A stretch of 64,000 nt of DNA from Paraspadella gotoi (GCA_051294375.1 CM119264.1:1099923-1163922), one strand, 5' to 3'. Positions 37,680-52,263 are shown, counted from the stretch's first letter. Notes: generated from the sequence alone by a model not told the origin. Numbers and translations are program-made.

Positions 37680-40600
37680 AGAAACAAGATGAAAACAATT
37701 CGGACACGTCGCAAAAATTCGAAGATATTTTTTTTTTTCGCCTTTGTCAGAAATATGAGGTATGAACGGACCGATGGACGGTTATGATGGTATTGACGAG
37801 AGAAACAACGGGTTGTAATGGACATGAGAGATATGAATACCCTTGACGATTTGTCAAATAACTGAGGGTAAAAATAATGTGAAGACAAAGATATTAGGGT
37901 TAATAATGACTGGACAAATGTATTGAAGGCTGGAAGACGAAAAAGGATGGCATATGAATTAAAATTGCTATCACTTTCCCTTAATATCTTACCGACGACC
38001 GACCGACCGACCGACGAACCGACCGGACCGACCGACGACGACGTTCCGACGACCGAACGACCCGACCGACGACCGATCGACGATCGACGCGCGACGATCG
38101 ACCGACCCGAACCGATGCGACGACCGGACCACCGATCGACCGACCGACGATCGACCTGACCGATCGACCGACGACGACCGACGACCGACCTGACCGACGG
38201 ATTCGACCGCACCGACCGACCCTGACCGACCGACCGACGACCGATCGACCGACGACCGACGACCGACCTCAAGGTTTTGGCCGTCGGACTGCGGTGTTAT
38301 GCAGCCGCCGGCGACCGTAGACGGATCCTTGAAACGCGGCGGCTGCGGCGTCGACCCGCGGCTGCTGAAGCGGAGACGCGGAATCCCATCGATCGCGAAT
38401 TCGATCAAAGATTTCGACGAATCCGAGCCGGAGTTTCCTTGATTGTGTTGAGGATCGGTTGATTGGGGTAAGTCGGTCTTGATTTGGTTGAGTAGGTTGA
38501 GTTGGTGTGTCGGTGAGTGGGTAAGTCGGGCTGATTGGTTGATGCCAGTTCGGTTGATTGTGTTTGAGTCTGGTTGATTGGTTGAGTGGGTTGTTGGTTT
38601 GTATTATGCGTAGTGGTAAATTAGTACGGATAGTAGTTCTTCAGCCCACTTAGGCGCCTTTATCCACTATACGACCTGTATGCTAGAGCACTTAATTGCC
38701 GAGATGTGATCGATTAGATTTAGTGCACCGAGATTGCCGAAGTCCATGAGCGGTTGATCGTTAAATCCCCGTATGGGTTACCAGTGATTGTTGATATGCT
38801 TGATGAGTCAGAGATTGGTTATCATCTCTTCCTGATTCCCCTGTATCTGATCTCAACCTCCCCCAACCCTCCCTCAGAGACGACGCACCTCCGACGGCCG
38901 TAGATCCTTCCTCATCTCAGCGACCAGTGTCCGTCTCTCACGTTCTCTCATATCGTCTTCGTCGTCGTCATCGCCGTCCCATTTATTCCATTGACGGCGT
39001 CGAAAGCGGCGACTCGGGCGAGCCGATTCATCGAAGACGCCGGCTGTCGTCGTCTCGTCGGTCGTCGTCGAGAGAGACACGACGCCGGCCCGTGGCGTTC
39101 TTCTGGGTAGACGGCGCCCTTCGACGTTCCAAATTTCGTGTCGTCGAAATTTTGTAGCATCTCTGTAAATTAATGATAATCTTAATAATAATTATTCATC
39201 GCTAAGTAGCTAAAAAAGCAATATCGGATCGGAGACTCGGGGCGATCTCCGCGGAAATGGAATCGCCTGAATCCTTGATTGCGTCAGGCATGGAACCGGA
39301 TTCGACTTGCAGGATCATCGGAACTGTAAATTTTACCCACGTTCGCCGATCCCCTTCCTTAGTATACAAATTATACCTATTTCTTGTTCTTGTTTCAGTA
39401 GCATTTGATACAAACTCGTGCGTGTGTCTCACCGTCAGCCTTTATTCTCAGAATAAAATCTTCTCCTGATTTCAACCATAGAATATCCATTGATTTTTTC
39501 CTTCAATGTGGTTGCAGGACTTTGCTGCGGCAAGACTCATCCACTCCTCCGAGAAGCCAAATGCCACCAAACGACTACGCCACCTCAAATGGACAACCTC
39601 ACCTTCCTAATAATAGTAATAATAAATGAATAATGAATGAATCTGACACGTTAGTGAAAATGCTTCTATTTGGTCAATGAAACTTTCTTCCTGCAAAGCG
39701 AAAGGACATCAGAATAGCGTATGGAGATATTGGCTTCTCTTTTCCGAATAATGCACTTAATTCTGCCCCTAATTTCCTGACAAAGTGAAGGACAGGAAGT
39801 CAGGTGTGAGATATTGGCTCTCTTTTCCAAAAATTGCACTAATTTCTGCCCCTATTCCTGACAAAGTGTAAGGACAAAAAGATGAGATATTGGCTCTCTT
39901 TTCCGAAAATGCACTAATTTCTGCCCCTAATTTCCTGACAATAGTGGTAAGGACAGAAGAGCGTGAGATATTGACTTCTCTTTTCTGAAAATGCACTAAT
40001 TCTTCCCCTAATTCCTGACAAAGTTAAGGACAGAAAAGATGAGTATTGGCTCTCCTTTTCCAAAAAACTGCCCAAAAAACCTTTAATTCTGCCCCTAATT
40101 CCTGACAAAGTTGAAGGACAGAAGAGGTGAGATATTGACTCTCTTTCTGAAATGCCACTAATTCTTTCCCCTATATTCCTGGACAAATGTGAGGACAGAA
40201 AAAGATGATGATATTGGCTTCTCTCTTTTCCGGAAAATGCCACTAATTCTCCCAAATTCCTGACAAGGCGGGGCGGGACATTTGACAAATTTTTTTAAAC
40301 TGAAAAATGAAAAGCGGCGTTCTGGAAAATTTTGCCGAGATTTTGATTCGTTTTTTTCTTCTCTCTGTTTTTTTATCGGTGATGTTGTTGTTTCTGTCTA
40401 TTTGTCTGTCCTGTTTTTTCCCGTCTTCTTGCTTATCCCTGATTTCTTTCTTCACATATTGCCTAATGGATATCAGTCTCACATTTATGTCTCTCTTGTC
40501 CTATAATAACATTGTTCTGTTTTTTTTAATGTCTTTGCGTCCTGCTGTTACCCCAATAAAAAATATTTCTTTAAAAAAAAACAAAAAAAAACAAAAAAAA

Positions 40601-43350
40601 AACAAAAAGAAAAGAAAAGAAAAGAAAAAGAGAAGGGGCGGCAAGATTACCGAGCGTGGGCGGAGTCCCTGGCGACATTGACAAGATCGCTCTCTTCGAT
40701 TCGTCTGCTTTCGAGTTTCACCTAAAAAACAAAAAAATGCATGTTAACAGTTTAGATACAGCTGCAGCAACAAACACCGCTTTACAACACAACAAAAGGC
40801 CACAGTTAACACAGCTATAAACAACACGGCGACAGCAACAATCAGCAACAAACAAACTTACAACAGCACCGTCGAGTTTTTCTTTGGCCAAAGGTTCGAC
40901 TTCTGAATCTCTTTGCGAAACGAATTCGTAGAAGTACGGAGGCGTCCTTTGGCATTGAGGTTCTTCTCGTAAGATCTGCAAATGGAGGGATTGTGCTCGA
41001 GTGATTGTGGTTGAGTGGGTGTGGGTTGAGTGGATTGTGGTCGAGTGGATTGTTGGTTGAGTGGATTGTGGTCGATGTTGCATTTTGTGGTTAAGTTGGA
41101 TTGTGGTCGGTGGTGTAATTGTTGGTTGAGTGGATTGTGTCAAGTGGATTGTGGTCGGAGTGGATTGTGATTGAGTTGGATTGTTGGTTCGAGTGGATTG
41201 TGGTCGAGTGGATTTGTGGTTTGTCGCAGTGGTATGTGGTCGAGTGGATGTGTTGATGGATTGTGTTGACCCTTGAATTGTGGTTGGATGTGGATTGTTT
41301 GGTCGAGTTGGATTGTGGTTGAAGTGGATTGTGGTCCATGGATTGTCGGTCGAAGTTGGATTGTGCGTTCTGAAGTGTATTTGTTGTGGTCGAGTGGATT
41401 GTGGTTGAGTGATTTGTGCGTCGATGTGAATTGTTGGTCGAATGGATATGTGGTTTGAGTGGATGTGTCGAGTTGGATTGTGGTCGAGTGTAGATTGTCG
41501 TTGAGTGAATTGGGGTGAGGTTGGATGTTGGTTGATGTGGATTGTGTTGGGTTGGAAATGTATTATGTTATTTGTGTTCAATGGATTTTGTAAAGTTTAT
41601 TGGGGTTATGTGAATTGTCGTTAAGATGGATTGTGGTTTACAGGGATTGTGGTAGAGTTAGTTTCGCGGTTGCGTGGAATTCGTGGTTTTGTGGAATGAA
41701 TAGTAAAACCGATTTTTTGTTAAAATTTTCGTTCTCTCTTTGAATAATCTACACTGTGTCAGTAATCAATTTATTTTATATCAGTTTTAAAAGCTTTGAT
41801 CCATGACTTTTATTTAAATTAAACATAAAAAGAAGTTTAGATTACTAACCCTTTAATACAAAAAGCGAAGGGTGGGAGTTAAAATAAAAAATGTTAGTTT
41901 TTCATGGGGAAAAACTTTTCATTGTTTTACATTTTCAATTTCCTTTTCAACGCGTTTTTTTTCTTTGGAAAACTCCTTTCCCCTTTTCTTTAATCCTGCA
42001 TGCTTTTTAATAAATTGCCTTTCCGCCAACCCACATTTTTTTTTCTATAAAGTTGATAAACACTTTTTTTTTCTTTTGTAAAAACTGTTTCTAGTTCAAA
42101 AAAAACAAATTAAAATGCTACAAAGAAAGTTAGTTTTGGTAAATGTTTTTTTTAAAATACCTTTAAGGTGTTTTCCTGTTTTCGTTGAACTTTTATTATT
42201 TTTATTCCTCAGTTTTATTATTGTTAATGTTTTTTATTTCTACACTATTCTTTTATAATTTATAATTAATTATCCTTCTTTCCTCATTTTGTTTATTTCT
42301 TCTTCTCATCTTCTTCTTTTACTTTTCCTCCATTTCTCCTCTTTCTCCTTTCTTTATTAATCTTCTCATTTTCTTCTCTTACTTTTCCTCCATTTCTCCT
42401 TCTTTCCTCCTTTTCTTTTTATTATTCTTCTCATCCTTCTTCTTTCTCTTTTTCCTCCATTTCTCCTTCTTTTCCCCTTTTTTCTTTATTCTCCTTCTCA
42501 TCTTTTCTTCTTTTTCTTTTTTTCCTCCATTTTCCTTCTTTTCCACTTTTGCTTTTATTATTCTTCTCATCTTTCTTTCTTTCTCTTTTCCTCCATTTCT
42601 CCTTCTTTTCCCTTTTTCTTTGATTCTTCCTTCTCATCTTCTTCTTTTCTTTTCCTCTATTTCTCCTTCTTTCTCCTCTTATCTTTCTTCTATGTTTTCC
42701 CTTCCATTTCTTCTTTCTTTTCACTTTTTTCTTTGATTTCTTCTTCTCATTTCTTCTTTTTCTTTTCCTCCATTTCTCTATCTTTCCTTTCTTTATCTTT
42801 TATTCTCCTTCTTTTTCTTTTCCTCCATTTCTCCTCTGTCCCTCTCTTCATTGATTCTTCTTTAAATCTTCTTCTTTTCTATTTTCCTCCATTTCTCCTC
42901 TTTCTTTTTTTTAATTTTTCTCCTTTTCATCTTCTTCTTTTTCTTTTCCTCCATTTCTCCTTCTTTCCTCCTTTATCTTCTCCCCTTTCGTTCTCTCTTC
43001 TTCTTCTTTTTTCTTTTTCTTTTCCTCCATTTCTTCTTCTTCTCATATTTCTCCCCGCTGTCTTTCATGTCCGCAGTTTGTTCTGCGGTCGTCATGGAGA
43101 CGCCGTTTGGTTTTACCGACGACGTGATGATAATTTTTTACAGACGCCTTTGTTGTCGTCGTCGTTCGTCGCCTGTTCGTTGTCGTCGTTCGTTCGTCGT
43201 CGTCGTCGTTCGTCGTCGGTCTTTCTTCTTTCTTTTGTCTTTCAGTATTCGGGATGTCATTGTCGTCGTTCGTTCGTCGTCGTCGTTCGTTCGTATTGAA
43301 ATTTTTTTTTCTTTGAGACCTCAGCTGACCCTATGGGGAGGATTGGAGCT

Positions 43351-43433
<83 letters not shown>

Positions 43434-43697
43434 ACTCTCACTCTCTCCTCTCTCTTCCCTCTCCCTATCTATCTCTCTCTGTCTCTCTCTTCCCCCCCTC
43501 TACCTTTCAGCGCTTCTCTCGGCAGAGAGCGAGTTCTGACTCCCTCTTACAAATTCCCGCAAAGTAACGCCTCTCTCTTCGAGATCGTTATGAGACCCAC
43601 GAGGCGACGGCGTTGAAGTACTGCATCTTCCGAAGGAACTTTTGAGACGTTTCGTAAGGATCTTCTCTCCTTNNNNNNNNNNNNNNNNNNNNNNNNN

Positions 43698-43731
<34 letters not shown>

Positions 43732-46700
43732 AACAAGATGAAACATATCGACACGTCGGCAAAAATTCGAAGATATTTTTTTTTCGCCTTGTCAGAAAAT
43801 ATGAGGGATGAACGGACCGATGGACGGATGGATGGATTGACGAGAGAAACAACGGGTGTAATGACAGAGAGAATGAATACCCTTGACGATTTTGTCAAAT
43901 AACGAGGGTAAATAATAAGTGAAGACAAGATATTAGGTTAATAATGACGGACAATGATGAAGGTGAAGACGAAAATAAGGATGGCATATGAATTAAATTT
44001 TGTATCACTTCCTTAATATCTTACCGACCGACCGACCGACCGACCGACGAACCGACCGGACCGACCGACGACGACGTTCCGACGACCGAACGACCCGACC
44101 GACGACCGATCGACGATCGACGCGCGACGATCGACCGACCCGAACCGATGCGACGACCGGACCACCGATCGACCGACCGACGATCGACCTGACCGATCGA
44201 CCGACGACGACCGACGACCGACCTGACCGACGGATTCGACCGCACCGACCGACCCTGACCGACCGACCGACGACCGATCGACCGACGACCGACGACCGAC
44301 CTCAAGGTTTTGGCCGTCGGACTGCGGGATGCAGCCGCCGGCGACGTAGACGGATCCTTGAAACGCGGCGGCTGCGGCGTCGACCCGCGGCTGCTGAAGC
44401 GGAGACGCGGAATCCCATCGATCGCGAATTCGATCAAAGATTTCGACGAATCCGAGCGGAGTTCCTGATTGGTTGAGTCGGTTGATTGGGTAAGTCGGCT
44501 GATTGGTTGAGTAGGTTGATTGGTTGAGTCGGTTGATTGGGTAAGTCGGCTGATTGGTTGAGTCGGTTGATTGGTTGAGTCGGTTGATTGGTTGAGTGGG
44601 TTGTTTGGTTGATTAGCGAGTGGTAAATTAGTTACGGATAGTAGTCTTCAGCCCACTTAGCGCCTTATCCACTATACGACCTGTATGTGAGAGCACTAAT
44701 TGCCGAGATGTGATCGATTAGATAGTGCACCGAGATTGCCGATAGTCCATGAGCGGTGATCGTTAATCCCCGATGGGTTACCAGTGATTGGTTGATTGCT
44801 TGATGAGTCGAGATTGGTTATCATCTCTTCCTGATCCCCGATCGATCTCAACCTCCCCCAACCCTCCCTCCAGAGACGACGCACCTCCGACGGCGTAGAT
44901 CCTTCCCTCCATCTCAGCGACGCAGTGTCCGTCTCTCACGTCTCTCATCGTCTTCGTCGTCGTCATCGCCGCCCATTTATTCCTTGCGGCGTCGAAAGCG
45001 GCGACTCGGGCGGAGCCGATCACGAAGACGCCGGCGTCGTCGTCGTCGTCGTCGTCGAGAGACACGACGCCGCCCGTGGGTTCTTCTGGGTAGACGGCGC
45101 CCTTCGACGTCCAAATTTCGTCGTCGAAATTGTAGCACTCTGTATTAATGATAATCTTAATAATATTATCATCGCAAGAGTAAAAAGCAAATCGGATCGG
45201 AGACTCGGGCGATCTCCGCGGAAATGGAATCGCCGAATCCTGATTGGTCAGGCATGGAACCGGATTCGACTTGCAGGATCATCGGAACTGTAAATTTTAC
45301 CCACGTCGCGTGAGTCCTCCAAAGTTTTATGCGAAATCTTTGTCACATAAAGCCATCTTTTACTGTAGATGTCTTTAAATCCGTATGAGGAGATTGCCGA
45401 CGAAAATTCTCCAAATCTTGCCGCCGGAGGAGAATAAAAAAAGCAATCGAAATGGTTTCTCTATGGGTTCTGCAATCCTTGCGAGATTAGCCTTCCGCGC
45501 TCGTCAGTACATCGAAACGGGCAAATGGGTTGATTTCATTGAGATTTCTCTTTGGTTTTTTCTTTCGTTTGCTTTCAAGGATCGTTTCCTTGACAAGAGA
45601 AACTTTCATCGCTGACATAGGCGTTATTTGCGAAAACACTCTCTCCTGTCTAAGCGATAAGTTATGTTATTGCCTGTTCCTTGATGCCAAAGCAAAGCAA
45701 GGGACGCCCGTTGCTGAACATCTGAGATTCTTCGGGCTATCGCCTGACTGTTTGCGCAATACATCAGCCCGACGATTCCCATTTTTTTCGGTACTTCCCC
45801 TTCCACCGAAATCTGTTAGAAACTTATGCGAAAGAGTAAATCTGCAGCTTTAAACCTAACTTGTGGTGCGCTCGAAGAAATGCGCAGTTATTTAATGCAC
45901 GCATTGCCCAAGCAGAGAAAGAAGAATGGGTAAGACGCCAAACGACGTGAAATCACAATTTGCTAGACTGAAACAACGACGACCCCAAACGAAAACTTTG
46001 AAAAAGTTATTGGTAAAACAAATCCTTTAGGTCGTTCTCAACGCCTATCCGTGTCCGTTTTCATGGCAATACAGAAACAGCCAACATATCTAACTAACAT
46101 ACTCTACAATAAAACTACTGTCACAAAATGCAAAGTTCAACAACTTTCCACATGAGCTGAAGATCTTGAACACGATGGTCATGGAGACAGTTGTGATAGA
46201 AATTTGATACTTCAAACAAAACTAACAATCTAAAACTAAAAAGAAAACTAATTTACAAAACGCGCTGGTGCGCGACCAGCATTAATGCTGAATTTCACCT
46301 GTAAAAGCTCTTGATTTAATCTGAAACGATGTAAATCTAAAATACTTAAAGTGCATTCAGTCTTTTTCAACTCCATAAAGACAGTGGAACGAGTTTGTCG
46401 GGTCATCTTAAAACTCTTTCACTCCTAAACAACACAGAGACAACGTCACGACTGTATTTCATTGCACGGCGGCGGATGATGACTATCTTCATGGACCATC
46501 ACTTAAATGACTTTATCGGCGCAATTCTAAATGAAAACGTTTTTGGTCTGGGTCGACTTCATGGGGCTGATTCAAGCTCAACTGATTTTTTTTGCCCATT
46601 CGTCATTCTTCTCGATTATGTTCATCAGCGGCGCGGGGCGAACCGACACTTTAAAAGAGCTGCGAGAAACTTTCCTCGCCAAGAAATCAAATATATCAGC

Positions 46701-49700
46701 TTTATCATAAACTCTTATGAATATTCCAGAGACTATTTTTGCTAACTTCGTTTTTCTTCCTTTTTCTCCTCTTTTATGAAAATCCCCAAAATTACAAAAT
46801 AAATTCTCCGTACTACATCGGTCGATTGTTCGCACCTGCCTGCGAAGTGTTGGAAATCCTTTGCCAGGAGGCGTTACTACGAAATTGTCTGTAAAGCTCG
46901 CACAAGATATCTTGACTGAGTTCATTCTGCGCAGGGCGAAACCGAGTGGAAGAATGTATTCTGCCTTGCAAGACGGATTGCAGCAGGGAGACGAACAGGT
47001 TGTTCCAGGTCGTGGTCCAAGATCGCGATCCTCATTCTAGGCCGCGACACGACTTATGGACTATGCGCGGCCTAACCTCATCCAAATATCCTCCGGCTGC
47101 GTCTTGATTCGTTTTCTCCCTCTTGTGGGACCCGTTTAACATTTCCTTGCACAATCTTCCCTCGTTCTTACGAGACGGCGGTCACACGGTCCATCATTAG
47201 AGATAAAACTGGTCTGGTATGAATTGTTGGAATTCGATTTCAAATCAAACGACTTTAGCGTCGCCATACCACACTCCTTCTACCAGGTTAGATAAACTTG
47301 AAATTGACTCTTCTTTTTTGTTGATGCTTCGCGTTTTCCACATGCTACAAAAATATTGTTTTAATGGCGACCTCGTAATTCTAAAGCATTCCCAGTCGCG
47401 ACGCCTGATGATCTTCAACGGCTTACCTTTTTTCGAAATTTTTCGTTCATACCTATCGGTGCCACTATATGGGTCGATGCGCCGGACTTATGTACTCGGC
47501 GAGGTTGGGAAGATACAATCGATACTATTCTTCTGGCCATTCACAGGAAGCCCCTTATGCAGGTGCGAGGCCTCAATTTTCTCGGCAAGTTCATTGCCAT
47601 CCCCGCCTGCCACTGTTTCATCGAGGTCATCACATCCTCCTTATTTTCGTTTCTGCATTCGTTACGGTTAAGAAAATTATTGTATTCATTGATCGGACGA
47701 TTCAATTTCTAAAAAGGAGGGAAGGATGTTGGAGCGTATCTCGTCAACGACATTAAAGACTCATGAATTTATAATCATATTTTGTTGATACTTTTGAATA
47801 TTATTTGATTACATTTGATCATTTGCATTGTTTCCAGCTAAGTTCGGCCGATTATTAATTTGGGCAAGTGCTGAAATACCATAATCTAATCGATTCGGTT
47901 GTCGCTCCTTCGTATTATCATGTTCTCGATCCGGCAGGATCCACGATATAAGGTAGCCGTGACTGTCAGCGTCGCCGACCCGTTTGCACTCGGTCTCTCC
48001 GCGTGGCACATATCAGGTTGGGAGTTCCTTGATCAGGCGCTCGCACGCAGGGTCGCGCCCATCGTCGATCGTTCACCGGTGATTCTTCATAAAAACCACC
48101 CCCAACATCGTGCGGTGTCTCACCGTCACCTTTATTCTCAGAATAAAATCTTCTCCTGATTTCAACCATTAGAAAATCCATGAGGTTNNNNNNNNNNNNN
48201 NNNNNNNNNNNNTTTCCTTCAATGTGGTGACAGGACTTCTGGGCAAGACTCATCACTCCTCCGAGAAGCCAAAGCCACCAACGACTACGCCACCTCAAAT
48301 GGACACCTCACCTTCCTAATAATAGTAATAATAAATGAATAATGAATGAATCTAGACACGTAGTGAAATGCTCTATTTGTCAATGAACTTTCTTCCTGAC
48401 AAAGCGAAGGACAGAATAGGTGAGATATTGGCTCTCTTTTCCGAAAATGCACTAATTCTGCCCCTAATTCCTGACAAAGTGAAGGACAGAAGAGGTGAGA
48501 TATTGGCTCTCTTTTCCAAAAATGCACTAATTCTGCCCCTAATTCCTGACAAAGTGAAGGACAGAAAAGATGAGATATTGGCTCTCTTTTCCGAAAATGC
48601 ACTAATTCTGCCCCTAATTCCTGACAAAGTGAAGGACAGAAGAGGTGAGATATTGACTCTCTTTTCTGAAAATGCACTAATTCTTCCCCTAATTCCTGAC
48701 AAAGTGAAGGACAGAAAAGATGAGATATTGGCTCTCTTTTCCGAAAATGCACTAATTCTGCCCCAAATTCCTGACAAGGCGGGGGACATTTGACAAATTT
48801 TTAAACTTGAAAAATGAAAAGCGGCGTTCTGGAAAAATTTTGCCGAGATTTTGATTCCGTTTTTTTCTTCTCTCTGTTTTTTTATCGGTGTGTGTTTTTT
48901 CTGTCTATTTGTCTGTCTGTTTTCCCGTCTTTCTGCTTATCATGATTTCTTTCTTCACAATTGCCTAATGGGATATCAGTCTCACATTATGTCTCTCTGT
49001 CTAAATACATGTCTGTTTTTTTTAATGTCTATGCGTCCTGCTGTACCCCAATAAAAAATAATTTCTTTAAAAAAAAAACAAAAAAAAACAAAAAAAAAAC
49101 AAAAAAGAAAAGAAAAAGAAAAGAAAAAGAGAAGGGGCGGCAAGATACCGAGCGTGGGCGGAGTCCCTGGCGACATGACAAGAATCGCTCTCTTCGATTC
49201 GTCTGCTTTTCGAGGTTTCACCTAAAAAACAAAAAAAGATGTTAACAGTTTTAGATACAGCTGCAGCAACAAACACCGCTACAACAACAACAAAAGCACA
49301 GTAACAACAGCTATAACAACAACGGCGACAGCAACAACAGCAACAACAACTACAACAGCACCGTCGAGTTTTCTTTGGCCAAAGTCGACTTTCGAATCTC
49401 GCGAACGAATTCGTAGACGGAGGCGTCCTTTTGGATGAGGTCTTCTCGGAAGATCTGCAAATGGGGGATTGTGGTCGAGTGAATTGTGGTTGAGTGGGTT
49501 GTGGTTGAGTGGATTGTGGTCGAGTGGATTGTTGGTTGAGTGGATTGTGGTCGATGTTGCATTTTGTGGTTAAGTTGGATTGTGGTCGGTGGTGTAATTG
49601 TTGGTTGAGTGGATTGTGTCAAGTGGATTGTGGTCGGAGTGGATTGTGATCTGAGTGGATTGTTGTTGAGTGGATTGTGGTCGAGTGGATTGTGGTTTTG

Positions 49701-51591
49701 ATGGTTGTGGTCGAGTGGAGGTTTGATTGGTGACCCTGTGAATTGTGGTTGGATGTGGATTGTGGTCGAGTGGATTGTGGTCGAGTGGATTGTGGTCGAT
49801 TGGATTGTCGGTCGAAGATTGTGTTGGGTTGAAGTTGGGTTGATGGATTGTGGTGAGTGGATTGTGGTTGTGACAGTGATTTGTGCGTCGATGTGAATTG
49901 TTGGTCGAATGGATATGTGGTTTGAGTGGATGTGTCGAGTTGGATTGTGGTCGAGTGTAGATTGTCGTTGAGTGAATTGGGGTGAGGTTGGATGTTGGTT
50001 GAGTGGATTGTGGTTGGGTGGAAATGATTATGTTGATTGTGGTTCAATGGATTTTGGTAAAGTTTATTGGGGTTATGTGAATTGTCGTTAAGTGGATTGT
50101 GGTTACAGGGATTGTGGTAGAGTAGTTCGCGGTTGGGTGAATCGTGGTTTTGTGGAATGAATAGTAAACCGATTTTGTTAAAAATTCGTCTCTTTTTGAA
50201 AATCTTACACTGGTCAGTAAGCAATTTATTTATATCAGTTTAAAAGCTTTGATCATGACTTATTTAAATTAAACATAAAAAAGTTTAGATTACTAACCCT
50301 TAATACAAAAAGCGAAGGGGGAGTAAAATAAAAATGTTTGTTTTTCATGGGGAAAACTTTTCATTGTTTACATTTTCAATTCCTTTTCAACGGTTTTTTT
50401 CTTTGGAAAACTCCTTTCCCCTTTCTTAACCTGTCATGCTTTTTAATAAATTGCCTTCCGCCAACCCACATTTTTTTTTCTATAAAGTTGAAAACACTTT
50501 TTTTTTCTTTGTAAAAAACTGTTTCTAGTCAAAAAAAACAAATTAAAATGTACAAAGAAAGTTAGTTGTAAAATGTTTTTTTTAAAATACCTTTAGGTAG
50601 TTTTCCTGTTTGTTGACACTTTTATTATTTTTATTCCTTCAGTTTTCATTATTGTTTAATGTTTTTTATTTCCTACACTATTCTTTTATAATTTATAATT
50701 AATTATCCTTCTTTCCTCATTTTTGTTTTATTCTTCTTCTCATCTTCTTCTTTTACTTTTCCTCCATTTCTCCTTCTTTCCTCCTTTTTCTTTTATTATT
50801 CTTCTCATTTTCTTCTCTTACTTTTCCTCCATTTCTCCTTCTTTCCTCCTTTTTCTTTTATTATTCTTCTCATCTTCTTCTTTCTCTTTTCCTCCATTTC
50901 TCCTTCTTTTCCCCTTTTTCTTTTATTCTCCTTCTCATCTTCTTCTTTTTCTTTTTCTCCATTTCTCCTTCTTTCCACTTTTTGCTTTTATTATTCTTCT
51001 CATCTTCTTCTTTCTCTTTTCCTCCATTTCTCCTTCTTTTCCCCTTTTTCTTTGATTCTCCTTCTCATCTTCTTCTTTTCCTTTTCCTCTATTTCTCCTT
51101 CTTTCTCCTTCTTATCTTCTTCTATTGTTTTCCCTCCATTTCTTCTTCTTTTCCACTTTTTCTTTGATTCTTCTTCTCATCTTCTTTTTCTTTTCCTCCA
51201 TTTCTCTATCTTTCCTTCTTTATCTTTTATTCTCCTTCTTTTTCTTTTCCTCCATTTCTCCTTCTTCCCTTCTCTTTCATTGATTCTTCTTTAAATCTTC
51301 TTCTTTCTATTTTCCTCCATTTCTCCTTCTTTCCTTTTTTAATTTTTTCTCCTTTTCATCTTCTTCTTTTTCTTTTCCTCCATTTCTCCTTCTTTCCTCC
51401 TTTATCTTTCGTTCTCCTTCTCATCTTTTTCTTTTTCTTTTCCTCCATTTCTTCTTCTCTCAATTTCACCCCGCGTCTTTCAGGTCCCGAGTTTGTTCTG
51501 CGGTCGTCATGGAGACGCCGTTTGTTTACCGACGACGTGAGATCATTTTTTACCGACGCCTTTTGTCGTCGTCGTCGTCGCCTTGTTCGTT

Positions 51592-51631
<40 letters not shown>

Positions 51632-51786
51632 GTCTTTTCTTCTTCTTTGTCTTTCAGTATTCGATGTCATTGTTCTGCTTCTGTCGCGTCGTCGGGTCCG
51701 GTCGGTCGTTCGCGTCGCGTCGTCGATCGTCATTAAATTTTTCTTTGAGACCTCAGCTGACCCATGGGGAGGATCGAGACTTCTCT

Positions 51787-51868
<82 letters not shown>

Positions 51869-52097
51869 TCACTCTCACCTCACTCTCCCTCTCTCTTCCC
51901 TCTCCCTATCTCTCTCTTGTCTCTTCTCTCTCCCACCTCTACCTTATTCAGCGCTTCTCTCGGCAGAAGAGCGAGTCTGACTCCTCTACAAATCCCGAAA
52001 GTAACGCCCTCTCTCTTCGAGATCGTATGAGACCCACGAGGCGACGGCGTTGAAGACTGTCATCTCCGAAGGGGACTTTTGAGACGTTCGCTAAGGG

Positions 52098-52169
<72 letters not shown>

Positions 52170-52263
52170 AAGGAGGAGGGAGAGAGGAAGAAAGAGCGAG
52201 AGAGAAGAGCGACAGAGAGAGAAGGAGAAAAGAGGAGGGAGAGAGAGAGAGAGAGAGAGAGAT

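Noticed and set aside
40718-41581. 287-aa Thr/Gln/His-rich ORF
   Set aside because: It is a translation of the 15-bp minisatellite and is not conserved in frame in the 49465-50160 copy.
45190-45290. VPMILQVESG... segment after a TTTACAG as an extra KLHL exon
   Set aside because: Exons 7 and 8 join in phase without it, and the segment is part of the dispersed LTR-like module.
48285-48793. Repetitive ORFs (HFRKREPISHLFCPSLCQELGAEL)n resembling zinc-finger or LRR repeats
   Set aside because: They are translations of the 75-bp intronic VNTR, which is open in several frames because 75 is divisible by 3.
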